Origin: Oikopleura dioica
Taxonomy: Eukaryota > Animalia > Chordata
Direction of reading: 5' to 3'
Assembly (NCBI GenBank): GCA_907165135.1
Contig: OU015566.1
Coordinates: 10,912,001-10,976,000 of the forward strand
Length of the DNA stretch: 64,000 bases
Shown: positions 10,287 through 22,927 of the stretch, one piece after another
Layout of the letters: each line of letters starts with the position of its first letter
How positions within the stretch are numbered: position 1 is the stretch's first letter
Program-made: the position numbers and the translations under genes
Notes under the pieces: model-generated
Databases searched by the model: none
Told to the model about the DNA's origin: nothing
Seen by the model: the letters and a program-made list of their open reading frames with translations, nothing else

Positions 10287-13200
10287 TTAATTGTCTAATA
10301 TTTTCGCATGGATAGTACAGCTAAAGCCATCGGTGAAGTGTTTCCAGGTCTTGGACTTGTGCGGATTGTCGAGCTCATGACGCTCCAAGGTAAGGTGACC
10401 GGAGGCAGGCATGAAGGCCGTGTGGATCCAGAAGTAGAAGGCGCAGTCTTCGTAGTTTCGAGGAACAGATTTCTGAATTGATATTTTATAGATTTCGTGA
10501 ACTATAAGGACTCTTTCAAATTTCTTTCGTGAAATAGTTTGACCCCTATTCAATGCTACTGAAGCCGTTAATTCATTACCTCCGACGAATAAAACATAAA
10601 TTTCACATCATCCTTGACCACCAGTGGCGTTTTCAAATGAATAGTACATCTATCGTTCTGTCTATCCAAAGCTACAGTACATCCTTGTTCGCCAAGTACA
10701 GCAGCTTCGAGAACCACCTTTCTGAAAAGAAAAGTTTTACGTCAGCAAATTTACTTTCAGGGCCACTTTCCCAGGTGTAATAATCGTGAAATGGCCGTCT
10801 TTTATGTGCCCGTTCGGAAATTTTGATGATGTTTGATTTAGCTTATTTTATCAAAAAGCACTTCATTCCTAAAATTTTCCTTAAATCTGATTGGCTGCGC
10901 AAAAATAGCGCTAGAGAGTGAGAGCTCTAAAAAGCCGCTTGCGGCTAAGTAAATTCTTTCGCCGCCTCTTTTTTCGACCTGAAATAAAAGCGACTCATAA
11001 CTCTACAAATCTCTCTTTACGATTCCTTCTCCACCAGTAAGCGCAAACGATAAGCAAATTTACGATCTACCGTGACAAGTTAGAGGAATTTGATGAAGTC
11101 ACAGTCTTTGAAATAACTTGAGCGTGACTAGAGCCCCACATGTGCTTACTTGAAATTAACAATGGTAAAATAAATGCACCGGCCGTTCCCACGACCTATC
11201 GGGGAGATATTCTGGATCGTAAAAGCGTCAATCGAAATCCTCTTCCGCTTTGGCCAGCCGCTCCGGAGAATTGACTCGTAGTAGTTCACGTACCGCGACT
11301 GTGAAGGTGTTTCCACGCCTGTTAGAATGGTTCGCTAAGACTTCACAATCTTTGAAAGAAAAACCAATCTTGATTTCACAATGATTCTATCCGAACCAAG
11401 CCTTGGAAAGCAGTTCCCTTGCTCTCATCAGTTCTTCGTTCTCCAAAATGCCGAAGAGCAACATCAGCCGAGGGGCAAAAATCGGTGATGAGAAGCCAAG
11501 ATGCAATAAATGTACCGGTTCTTCCTTTTCCTCCCTGAAGATAATATTTTATTGATTAAAGTTCTGAACAAGTTAATCTGTAATAAAAGTTATATTGCCA
11601 TCAATATTCGAAATCTAGCGACAGATCTTCTGCTAGAAGAGAAAGATAGCGATCGATTTTAGTATAAAAGAGAACTTCGTGTTCTCCATCAGCTATTTAG
11701 AATTTGAGATAAAATGAAACAGAAATGAAAAAGATTTTTCTCAGTGCGAAATCAAAGGTTTCCCGCTTAGTAAAATATTTTTAATAACCTAAATTATTTT
11801 CATGGAAGTGGCGGTTAGGGTTCAGGCTTCAAAAACTATCATTTTTTCAAATAAACTTCTCCATCATTATACCTTGCAATGCACAGCAATAACATAATCA
11901 TCTCCTTTATCTGTCCACTTCTTTGCTTCCACGCCCCACTCAACAAGTTCCTCGAGCTTGGGCACATTGTGATCGTCGACAAATACTCGACCATTTTGAT
12001 TATCGAACCAATGGCCCTAGAAATTCATGACGTGTGGAAAACAAGCACTCGGTAAATTCTCCACCGAGTTCAACTTGAACTTTTGCTTCTTTACCTCATA
12101 GCCTCGCTCGGCACACAAATTGTAGACGTAGAACTTTCCAGCGTGTTTTGTCTTCAGGAAACGGGATACCTCGGGCATTGGGTTTCGGAACATGGCTTGG
12201 CGACCTTCAGAAGGAAAACTCATCGCGATGCACTTTTCAGTGATGTAAGTCAGATCCAGGTCGAAACCGTCTTTTTGGTATCTTCGTTTGTTCTGGCCGA
12301 CTTGTTGTCTCGCCGCGCCTGTTCCAGTGACGATGAGTCGGACGATTCTAGCAAAACGCAGCACTCGAAGAAATTTGAGAAACTTGAGGAAACTGACATC
12401 TGTATCGTCATCAACGGCTTTGGGAGGGCTTCGAAGAGTCATGGTCAAAAATAGACATTAAAAAGATTACATCAGGGTTGGCAAATCTTTTTGACGAAGA
12501 AACGGAATTGCCAGATTCAAATAATAAATTTCACTTCAATCGATGAATTTAATCATTAATACCGCGATTGGCATTTCTGACTGACTGATTCTGAAAATAG
12601 CTAATCAACCAATCAAAATTTGACTCTGGTCTCCTCTATATGAAAATCCAGTCAAATCAGTCGACCAATCAGGAGCCGTTACAAATCTGCTATGTTTTAG
12701 CATGGAGAATTGTAACGGCTCATAGACTGACTGGAAAATCAGTCAGTCAGATATGCCAACCGCGGTATATCTGCTCCTTTTATGTTGGATATGGCCCCTA
12801 GATTAAGGACCGGCGCAAATTAGAGTTGTCAAATAAACGCAAAACGGCGGGGCTCTATAAAAACTGAGCTCGTGACCAAGGTCAGTGATTTTCGTCTGAG
12901 GTCGGTTCTTCTTCACCGGAAGTTGCTCGCCTGCGGAGCCCCTTGACTAGTAAAACGATCGAAGTGACGAATGTGACGAGCACAATGGCGAAGTCGGCCA
13001 CTTCAAAGACGTCGGAGAAGAATTTCTCAAAACCGTAGCCGAACATCTTGGCGGACAGATCTGCGATCAAGTTCAACTCTTTGAGTTAAATTTTGAAGCA
13101 TCGATTAATAAATAGAGCGAGCTTGAAATGTTGAACTTGGAAACCCGGAGTCGCGAAGACGAACATGAGACCGACAATGAAGGAAATCCAGTCGAATGCG

Positions 13201-13965
13201 TTTTGATCGGGTGCGGTTTTGTCCGATTTAGCCAGATCCATTATGGTGAGGAGAAAGTCCATCAAAATTATAATTCCAATGAAGACCCTTTTCTTGGTTC
13301 TTCCCGATCACAGAAAGATCTGCCCGAGAATATTGAAATCATGGAAGAGAACCTGTCCTTGTAGGAAGCGCATTGACAAGTTGAGTCAAATACCACTCCG
13401 GGTCATCTTGAAAAGGTCTTCTTCCGCCAGATCCACCGTCATCAACAACCAATCCGACTTCTTTCGCATATTGAATCGTGCTTTCTTCTTGTTGTGGCTT
13501 CTGAGTTTGAACCTGAGGCTGAGGCTGCGACTGAGACTGAGGCTGGGAAGATTGAATGGCAGGTTCTGCGACATTTGCTTCCGAAAGGGTGTTAGAACTT
13601 GTCACTTGCTGAGCTCCGAAGAGATTATCTTCAAAACCAGCAGAAATAGGAGCGGGAGCGTTGCTTGTAAGCAGCGCTTTTCCAAGGATATCGTCATTTG
13701 CCGGGTCATTTGCTTTCACACTTTGGACATGCATTGCCGGGAAATTCCCACTCTTTCCATTCGATATTCCACTCCAAATTTCTCCGTTTCTCGAGGTTAC
13801 TTGAATTTTCTCTCCGATTTTAAAACTCAAATCGCCTTGGTTTTGCCCTTCGTAATCGAAGACAGCTTCAACCAAATCATCCACACTTTGCACAGACACA
13901 GGCGCTACCGATGCTTGAGCTACCGCAACAGGAGTTTCTGAAAACCCTCCGAGCAGGTCGTCCAT
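10287..13965 (-). CDS. TPTE: Voltage-sensing phosphoinositide phosphatase (VSP/TPTE family) with an apparent N-terminal SH3 domain
   Basis: S4 helix [13 protein letters not shown]; linker [39 protein letters not shown]; active site VIAVHCK|GGKGRTG (the VSP-type HCKGGK); [11 protein letters not shown]; C2 domain [11 protein letters not shown]3 [22 protein letters not shown]...W...GNFPAMHV lies in the first exon. Confidence 0.92.
12562..12765. mobile_element. TA-flanked MITE in a VSP intron
   Basis: ~30-bp TIRs CCGCG(A/G)TTGGCAT(T/A)TCTGACTGACTGATT, TA on both sides, and an internal 12-bp inverted repeat GAGCCGTTACAA/TTGTAACGGCTC. Confidence 0.85.
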
Positions 13966-14269
13966 GATTCTCTGTCGATGAAAAAAAAGAGCTAAAGAGA
14001 GAGGAGACTGAAGAATCTTTTCTTCTTGTTTGCAGTTCGAGCCTTTTTACGAAAATATTTCCAGTATCAACCGCAAGACAAACAAGACGAGCTGAGTTAT
14101 AGTTAGTTTGAGCTAATAAAAACTAGTCGATGTTCGATAACATAATCTATGATTCTCATCCGAAAGGATGGACCACCTGGTTGGTGTCCCACTGAGGTTG
14201 ATCTCCTACTGTCAATAGCATCTAACGTGGCGCCCTCTTTTCAAATAAGATGTGCATAAAAAGCATTAA

Positions 14270-14816
14270 CCCCTATAGACGAAGTGTACAATTTTTGTCG
14301 ATTTCGGATTATTATCGCCTGCCAAACAGAACTGGTAAATCGGAACGATCTGAAAACTTAAATGAGTATTTGCACACGCATTACGCACCTCCCTAAAAAG
14401 TTTCAGCCTGACAAGACCCACGAGTACTGCGTGAGCACCGTTTTTCTCACCTCCACCTGCGCGCTTCAAAGGAACAAAAAATTCTATTTACCTTTTAGGC
14501 GTCTCTCAGCTATTGTTTTTAACTTATTTACAGGTTTTTAAGTATGGAGATTTCGAATCTAGGATCTTTGAAAAGATTGGATGAAGATTTTTAATAATTT
14601 CGACATAATTTATTATTTAAGAAAAACAAATTCTAGTGCGTAGTATAGTTTTTTTGGAAAATCTAAAAGTGCAGTTTGAAAGAAAATGTTCGTTTATGTA
14701 TAATCTGTGATTTTCAGGAGATTATCTCAAGAGGAAGGCCAAATCGACAAAAATTGTACACTTCGTCTAACGGGGTTCTTTAGACTGCTTCGCTCATAGC
14801 CTATGAGTCATAGGGG
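14270..14816. mobile_element. piggyBac-type non-autonomous element (547 bp)
   Basis: TTAA TSD (14266-69 and 14817-20); CCCCTA...TAGGGG termini; 29-bp subterminal inverted repeat TAGACGAAGTGTACAATTTTTGTCGATTT, abutting the left end and offset ~40 bp from the right end. Confidence 0.88.
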
Positions 14817-15232
14817 TTAATGTAGTGTTAGGGAGAAGTGAGAGATGTTTGACGAAATTAAAAATATCATTGAGCGAGATAGTAAAAATCTCAAAGAAAA
14901 CCATGAAAAGGAGAACAAAATAAACGAATATTAATCGAGTGTAACATGTTTCCTAAATGGTGGCCGAAAGTCACAAGCAAATTACATGGATAGAATCACC
15001 CCATCAAAATTGTTTAGAAGTTGCGGTGGGGGCTTATTTCAGAGTTGAGTTGAGTAGAGGTTTCAAACTCACTGTCTAATCCACACTAGAAAATAGAGTA
15101 GAGAAATACAGGGCTTTCGAAAAGAGAAGGTTAGTTTCTATTTCTTGAACTTTTGAATAGAGCGAAAAATCAATTCAATAATTTGCCACTTCCTGATGAT
15201 TATTTCGCATTCTGGCGCCACCTGTGCTGATT

Positions 15233-15910
15233 TCAATTAATCTGACCTTTTCGCATGGCGAAGTGATTATTTTGCAAAAAATAACAACACCGTGATCGGG
15301 CTCCGATCTCCGGTCTAGTCCGAAAATCGCTAGAATTTCCAAAAAGTATCCAGCTGTTAGAATTCGAAAGGGCAAATTCCGGACGTGTCCTGTTGCGCCA
15401 CCGTTGAAAAAAAATCAAACTCGGTTTTAATCCCTTCCTAGAGAGAATTTTCTGAAAAAGAGAAAAATTAAAAATTGTCAATTTGAAAAAGAATTGGTAA
15501 GCTTTTTTGGCACTAGAAAGTGACTGCTTCTCCGAACACCTTGCTAACATTTTCGTGAGGTCAATTAACTCTAATTTAGTCAAATCTCCAGTTCGGCCAA
15601 ACAGCTCATCAACCCTGTCCACGTTTCCCCTTTCATCAGTTTGTTGATTTTCTACCTCGCACTTAGGTACCATCAGAAATAACAAAAAGAAAAGACACCT
15701 GTCATCAGCAAAATAAAACACAATTAGGGCGAGAGTACTTTGAAAAGGAGTACACTGAGTCAACCTAAACATACAGATAGATTTGTAAATACACAGACTT
15801 AGTCGTGTCAACGAAAAAAAAGGATAGCCCGATAGATCGATCGAGCACACTCGCCTGAGGGCAGGATAGAGACCGAAACGAAGACCGTAGGAAAGGAAAA
15901 AGAGAGACAA
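15233..15910 (-). CDS. Unidentified ORF; only the central part (EVENQQTDERG...SSAKK) looks coding
   Basis: 225-aa ORF with no recognised domain and low-complexity flanks. Confidence 0.2.
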   Translation of the reverse strand: MSLFFLSYGLRFGLYPALRRVCSIDLSGYPFFSLTRLSLCIYKSICMFRLTQCTPFQSTLALIVFYFADDRCLFFLLFLMVPKCEVENQQTDERGNVDRVDELFGRTGDLTKLELIDLTKMLARCSEKQSLSSAKKAYQFFFKLTIFNFSLFQKILSRKGLKPSLIFFQRWRNRTRPEFALSNSNSWILFGNSSDFRTRPEIGARSRCCYFLQNNHFAMRKGQIN

Positions 15911-15988
15911 AGGAACTTGTCAGAAAAAGATGCAGTAGACTTTGATTTTGGACAGAAAAGATAGAAGCAAGAGATTAAAGAAGGAAAC

Positions 15989-17605
15989 ATGCTACACGAA
16001 ACGTTTCAGGTAATAACTATAATTAATTCGATTCATACACTGACAAGGTCAGTTTTCTAAAGCATGCGAAACTTGTTAATTTATACAGTATAAATTATAC
16101 TCTTTCTTGCTTATAAAAATATCTATTTTCAGCACCAGATTGGTTGCAAAAACTTTCACAAGCGACTTCATGTTCTTACTGTCACTTTTCTGCTGCTATC
16201 AACTACAGTGTGCTTCATGGGCCTTGGAGAGACCATGGTTTGGATGAGGATTCGTAAAGTTGCTCCGGACTTGTGTGATGAGACGAAAATGGATTGCAAA
16301 AGTATCAGGTGAGCAGAGAAAAAATGAGATTATCCATTTTGGAAAGACAGATTGGAATTAGCCCATTTTGTCTATTCGCGCCCGTGTTTGAAAAATCGTT
16401 TGATGATCTTTTCTCACATCCGATCACTCCCTCGGGGGTAGTTTACTCAACAAGATTGACCCGTTGTTGAAGATTTAGCGAAATAGAAAGTCCGTTATTT
16501 CTTAGTCTAATTAATCAAAGCCAGAAGATAACTTCGGATGTTCTTATCTAGAATTAAAATGTTTAAGCCCTTCTATTTTCTTCGGCGCTGCTGCTTTCAT
16601 CCCTCCAATTTTATCCTTCTGCGTTATCCAGGCAAAATAAACGCATTATTCTACGATATCATAAATAATAATTCAGGGCTATACGGAGCGCGTTCGCCTG
16701 TCGCTCATCATTTTCATCGGCGTGGCAGCCACCTCTGTCGCGTCTGCACTAGCTCTTACGCTCTTCTCAACCCTCAAATTGACATCGATGCTGTCGCTTA
16801 ATTTGGCGCTGTGCGATCTACCAGGCGAAGAATCTGAGCTAATGGAACAAGTCAATTTGAAGACGAGTTTCAGACGACAATCCAATTCTGACATGATCAT
16901 TGAAGTCGACACCGTTGATAAAATTTACCAAGGTGAGTTTGAACCTTTTTCAACCTTGAACCTGCGAAACCCGGCGCCAAGATCAATAGCTTATTGATGA
17001 AAACATTTCCATTGAGTCTTGATTGATATTGACCTTGGCTCGGTGAAGCCTACTATCAAAGATGATTGTATATTTACCGCTTAAAAATTTATAGCTCCGT
17101 TCAATTTCTAACTCCGTGTTAAAAGATTTATTAAGGCTGTAGCGAGAGCAACGTGTACGCCGCTTATATGACATGGATCCTCATTCTCGAGCTTGTTCTC
17201 GGAATCTCCCAACTACTTGTCGCCCTAGTTTCGGTAGTAGTCGTCACGACGAACAAACCACTCAATGGGATGAAGAAACGGATGACAAACACGATCGGAA
17301 GGTTGAAATCGATGAAGCTTGCATGTGGATGTTCAATGAATACTTTTGAAGAGAAGGATAGCGATTATCCAGTCTCAAGAGTCAACTATGGATTCAGGGA
17401 CTTTCACGGCACGCTCGAAAAAGGTAAAGAGGATTTTGATTATTCGATAAAACAAAATGCATTCTTAGTGACAAATAATGTCGATGACGATCAATTCTTA
17501 TCCCATTTGGAATCGCTGCCGACCAAGTTCACGCGAAGCACCCGGGGAAGCAGTAAAAGCACCTCAAGTGGCAGCACGGTCAGCTCCGTCCTCACCGATG
17601 CATAA
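15989..17605 (+). CDS. Multi-pass (3-4 TM) membrane protein of unknown family
   Basis: GT-AG-joined exons giving hydrophobic helices HVLTVTFLLLSTTVCFMGL, LSLIIFIGVAATSVASALALTLF and YMTWILILELVLGISQLLVALVSVVVV, plus a Ser-rich tail. One junction is unresolved. Confidence 0.6.
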
Positions 17606-17981
17606 ATTAATAACTTCTTTTTGATATATCCTTATCTTCCTCCTACAAAGTTCCAAAAAGGTCCCATAAACTGTAAGTCATAATAAAACAACAATTCCTG
17701 TAGTGAGTGCTTGTTGCTTTCATTTTTTTCTTTGAACAAACTTTATTATCGAAACATGTGGCGCTTATTTGCAGGTTGAAGTCTTTTGAGTGCGCGCTGT
17801 AACGCGACGAATAAATAATTGAAAACTGAGCTCTAAACAGTAAATGAGTATAAGTACAGGGGTTGTTTATCTGTAGCAGAATGGAATCGTTTGTTAATGG
17901 AAAAAATGGTAGTACGTTCCGAAGCAACTCAGAGTTCTTTCTCGAGCAGCTGGGATATTAAGGAGACGGTGGGAATTCCAT

Positions 17982-19586
17982 TTAATAATCGGGATGACGC
18001 TCAACAATACCAGCAAATGCGTGTCCACCGGCGGCGCAGGCGGCAATCATGGCGTACTGGCCGTCTTCGTGCTGAAAAATTGATTAACAAGCTGCGGTGA
18101 GAAGTAAGAGGTCATAAGGGTGCACCGGCCGCTTATGAAAAGATTGGCCACGTACCTTCAGTCGGTTTGCACAGTGAGAAACGAGTCGAATGCCAGTGGC
18201 TCCGAAGGGATGTCCCATTGAGAGAGATCCTCCCCAGTTGTTGAGCTTGTCCATAGGAAGCTCTCCAACGGCGCCTTTAATGAAATTTGAACATCAGAAA
18301 ATGAATAAACTCATTTACCTTTGACACCCATTCGTTCTCGGCAGAACTTATCGTCCTTGAGCGCTTCCAAGTTGGCAAGAACCTGACCGGCGAAGGCTTC
18401 GTGAATTTCCCAAACATCGATGTCGGATGGCTTGAGTCCAGATCTCTCCAAAAGTCGAGCGATGCCGTAGGCAGGGCCGAGGAGGAGCTGGTCCTTGGGG
18501 TCGATGGCAACGTACATGTAATCACGGAGGATGGCCTTTCCTCCAAGTCCCATTTCCTATGAATTAAATAAATAAAAATAGGAAGAATTGATGATAAGCT
18601 AACCTGGGCTTTCTTGTGAGACGAAAGGATGCAAGCAGAAGCTCCGTCTGTCAAGTAAGAAGAATTACCAGCAGTAACAGTTCCGTGGGGCTTGACAAAG
18701 GCAGCTCGGAGGCCGGCGAGTTTTTCGGGAGTGTTGACCTGGATACCGTTATCCTTGGAGATGGTCTCACCGCCGGGAATGTGGTACTCAAAAACATCGG
18801 AAAGAAGGCCAGCCTCGCTAGCCTTGAATGCGTTGGTGTGCGATCTGATGGCAAAAGCATCTTAAATCATGGTGAAAAAGAGTAGAGATAATAGATATAC
18901 CTTGATCAGCTCGGGAAACACCCCACGCAGAAGCGAGTCGATCTGCAGAGTGACCCATGATTTCTCCAGTAGAGAATTCAGAGATTGCTGGTGGCTCAGG
19001 GGCCAAGAATTTTCCAGGAGCCTTGAAGACGGGCTTCAAAAAGTTGATGACGCCCTTGGGGCCCTTGGAGAGCATTCGCTGGTTGCGAAGGAGATGTTGT
19101 CGCATCGCCTGGGGAAGGATAAAGAGATGAGTTTTTTAAGAGCGCCATTACCTTGGCATGTCGAATTGGAACGTCAGACATCGTCTCAACTCCACCACAG
19201 ATAACAACTTCCCCGGCGCCTGACATAATATGACCGATCCCAGTGGTAACAGCCTGACTTGATGAAATACAAGCCATGGTAACAGTATGAGCGGGAAGCG
19301 ACTGGGGCAAACCAGCGCCAAGACAAGCTTCACGCATCACATTCGAGGTTTTGACCTCGGCGATGACGGTGCCGCCGACGGCGTAGTCGATTTCGTTGCC
19401 GTCGATGCCAGATCGCTGGATGGTTTGGGAAACGGCCGCCCGAAGCATGTCGTGTGGCATAAGGTTCGAGTACGCGGTGGAGGACTTGGTGAAGGGAGTT
19501 CGACACGAGTCGAGCACCACGACGGTGTTGTCTGCGAGACCGCTTTGGAGGTGTCGCTGCGACGCTCGGAGGCCGTTTCGGAGCAT
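17982..19586 (-). CDS. HADHB: Trifunctional enzyme subunit beta (3-ketoacyl-CoA thiolase)
   Basis: [73 protein letters not shown]-terminus [23 protein letters not shown]. Confidence 0.95.
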
Positions 19587-19756
19587 TCTGGGAGGTTGAG
19601 TCAGAGAACGAAGATTTGAATAAACAGGCTTAGGTAAAATATCGGAAGTACAGAAAGTATAGGATACAGAAAATAAGTTAGAGTACAGAAATTGGGTAGA
19701 AGTTGATTTTTGAAAGAAGATTCTGCAGTGGAGATTCAGTAGCGACTCTTGGTTGA

Positions 19757-21957
19757 TCAGTCCATCTTCAAATTGACGTAGATGTAGCGGATGAACTGAA
19801 AGTCGTGAATATTGGATATTTTTCAATAATATAAACCTTCAGAGACGCTCCAAAACCAATTGTTCCAAGCGTCAGGAAGAAAATATAACACATGAGGGCA
19901 GTGTAACCAAGAAACTCGACCTAAAGCAGCTATAAATCTGCTTCGAACTCATCAACTTACAGTTTCGACAGCTCCGGACATGTTCGAACGGCGTAAATAA
20001 TAAAAACAAGAGTAGAAAAAGACGAAAATGCCGGTGCTTCCAGCGGAGAAAATACTCCTCCACCACCAGCGATAATCTTCTGATGAGAGCTAAATAAATC
20101 GTTTGACTTCCAATTCTAGAGAGTGCATATTTTACCTGGAAGTAAGTCAGCGCTATCGAAATACAGGCAGATACAGACAAAACGATGATGAACACGAGCA
20201 GAAGGACACCGTAAAGTGTGTATTGCTCTCGCCCCCAAACGGTGGCGAAAATGTAGTAAATCTCCACAGAGATCGCGGAAAAGGGCAAAAAGCCGCCAAA
20301 GAAGCAGTGGCAGATGAAATTCGTATACCACGGCTAGAGTTGAAAGTTAAATTCATGCCAAACTCGTTAAATGAAAGACAAAAGAATTTGTTCGCAATGA
20401 GAAAAGAACCAAATATATTATAGAATTATGAAATGAAAAGAGATCTAAATTCTTCGACCCTTTTTGGCTCAACCTTATTCTTAATGCTATATATAAGTCT
20501 TCATGAAATCTGAGAGTAAAATGAAATGAATTTACCTGTGGAGGAATGAGCCTGGGAATCGGTCTCGTTCTACATGGGCTGTCAAAATCACTTGTCGTAT
20601 TTCTTGCAATAATGCCCCCAAGAACTGTCAGTGGAAAGCCCACTAGAATATACACTAGCATCAGGAGCAGGATCGTTGTAAACGGCAGTGCTTGCGTGGA
20701 GCCAGCGTACCAGTGAGTGCAGTTTATCGTAAACCAAATTGTAAAGAATGGACCGGTAAAGAGAAAGGCCGTCATGATGATGTTTCGCACCCAGTTTTGG
20801 CCGCCGAATTTTCGGTAAAAGGAGCCCGAGACATATCCAGCGATGCTAGAAAAACGATAAAAAGGACGCCTCGCATTTTGATTTATTACCTTGAAGTAAT
20901 GCAATACAAAATGATGGAATACGTATGAATAGCTCCTCCATGGCCAGGTTTGAAGACCCCGCAAAGAGCCATGATTAAAATTCCACAGGCCATCGCCAAG
21001 AACTGCGTTCCAACTCCCAAAACTGCAGAGAGCAAGCTTATGTATCCCGGAAATCGAAAAACTTCTGTATGAATGACTTTCCATCCGCACTCGTCTTCTA
21101 TCGCTAGTTCGTCGTCCAGGCTATCTTCTTTGTTGTATCTCGAGAAATCCGTGTTTAGCAATCGCATGAGAATAATGACAATGAATCCAGTGAGCAAAAC
21201 GACCAAAACGACGGAATTTATAACAGATAGCCAGTGAATCTCCAACGTCTTTGGGAAAAACGATCCCTTCTGTTTCTCACGGATGGAAATTGTGTCTGTC
21301 GTTTCAATCCATTCAGTGGAGTAGTAGAATTCAACATTCAGAGGCGCATCATGATCATCGAGAGAAATGGGGTGGGTACCAGCCGTGGAGACGTTGACGC
21401 TGATGATCATGTTGCTATGGCTGTTGTAAGTGAAGGTAAAATGAAGGGAGCTCCAGAGATAGCAACGCTCTACATGAGGGACGGGAATGAGACCCGATTC
21501 TTCGAAGTGGCCGATAAACCCGCGAACAGCTGAAAGATGAATTTACAGAACTTGCGTTTGAGATTTGAATGATTGAAAAAAATATTTTTTACTTACGAAG
21601 GTTGTCAATATTAAATTCAAAGTAATACAGCTCTCTAATCGCTTGCTTGAGCTTCTCAATATCCTCCGTTTCTAGCGTTACTGAGCAGAGAGTCTTCTTG
21701 CTGACACTCTGTTTGAATCGAATATCGTAGAGAGAGTAGGCCATTCGATCTCCATCAAGAACTTCCCCAAGAGTAAGGGGACGGTGCTTGATCTCATCTG
21801 GTCGACAAACTGGCAGCGAGTAGTAGTGGTACGTCTCGTGAGGGTTGAAGTAAGGGCCGACTTTGTTGACAAAAACGGGCACGGACTCGCCGTCTTTATA
21901 CTGGTGGTGAGCCGCGTCGACAGAAAACAGAAGGATCAGCCCGAAGAAGCGGATCAT
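19757..21957 (-). CDS. TM9SF1: Transmembrane 9 superfamily member 1
   Basis: [61 protein letters not shown]-terminus [12 protein letters not shown]. Confidence 0.95.
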
Positions 21958-22128
21958 TCTAGAAAGGCAGCACTTTGAGAATAACTGAAAAATGGCAGTT
22001 ATACTGTAAAAAGAGAATGTGAAGAAGATTTAGTTTGTCGTATCCCAAGTTGCGTCGTCGGTTGTCATTGTCTCCCCTCTTTTAGTTGTGTTTTCTATTG
22101 TTTTTGAGAAGAAGTAAGTCTTTCAGTT

Positions 22129-22479
22129 CTAGTGAAACACATTCCCAAAGGTAGCCGATTCTCTTGAAATATCTGACCCTGTATCCGAGCCATTATCCTC
22201 CCGATTATCTCCAGTCGTAATGTTGCTCCGGTGATTAGACGGAATAATTTTCTCATTTTGCCCTTGAAATACTATTTTAGACAAACAAAATCTCCCAGAA
22301 GAGGGAAAGAGCTGAACTTTGACCTCTGGGATCTGACCTTTGGTACGAATCCGACGGTGCTTCGCGAAAATTTCTTCTAGTTGGTTGTAGTACCGTTTTT
22401 TGGCGTCTTTAGCTGGCTTTTTATGCTCTTGTTGGAAGGATAGATCGAGTAAACCCGGCACAATGGGAGTACGTTCCAT
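22129..22479 (-). CDS. Small hypothetical protein upstream of TM9SF1
   Basis: TAG|A-ATG start (MERTPIVPGLLDLSFQQEHKKPAKDAKKRYYNQLEEIFAKHRR). Downstream exon frame uncertain. Confidence 0.4.
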   Translation of the reverse strand: MERTPIVPGLLDLSFQQEHKKPAKDAKKRYYNQLEEIFAKHRRIRTKGQIPEVKVQLFPSSGRFCLSKIVFQGQNEKIIPSNHRSNITTGDNREDNGSDTGSDISRESATFGNVFH

Positions 22480-22927
22480 TCTACGGCGGAGATTTTTTAT
22501 TAAATATGCTAGACTCAAAGTAAAAATGGTGTGCTCATTTTCAGAAGTGGGAATGGTACGCAATAGATTTTAGAGAGTCTTTAATTAAGCGAAAAATGAG
22601 AATAACTAGAATCTGATACCAACTTAAAATTATAAGTTAATGGTTTTCAAATAAAATTATTTCTTGCAGACCCTTCTTATCATCTAACATCTCTTGAAAT
22701 AGATAAAATGTTGAGGTTTGAATTTAGCGAGTAAATTCTATTTCTATCAGAGTTTTCTCCTCGGGCAAAATTTGCACAGAATTGTCCGCGCTTCGGGCAC
22801 GCTGATTGGCCGCGCGGCGCCAATGAATTTCTAGAAGTGCTCCATCTTTTTCATCCCTTTTTTATCAGTGAATCTTCAGTTGACCAGAAGAGTTTTATTT
22901 ACAATTAATACACTTTCTTGAACGGTT

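Noticed and set aside
13219-13941. 240-aa plus-strand ORF with an LRLRLR repeat
   Set aside because: Antisense of the QSQSQPQP linker in the SH3-VSP first exon.
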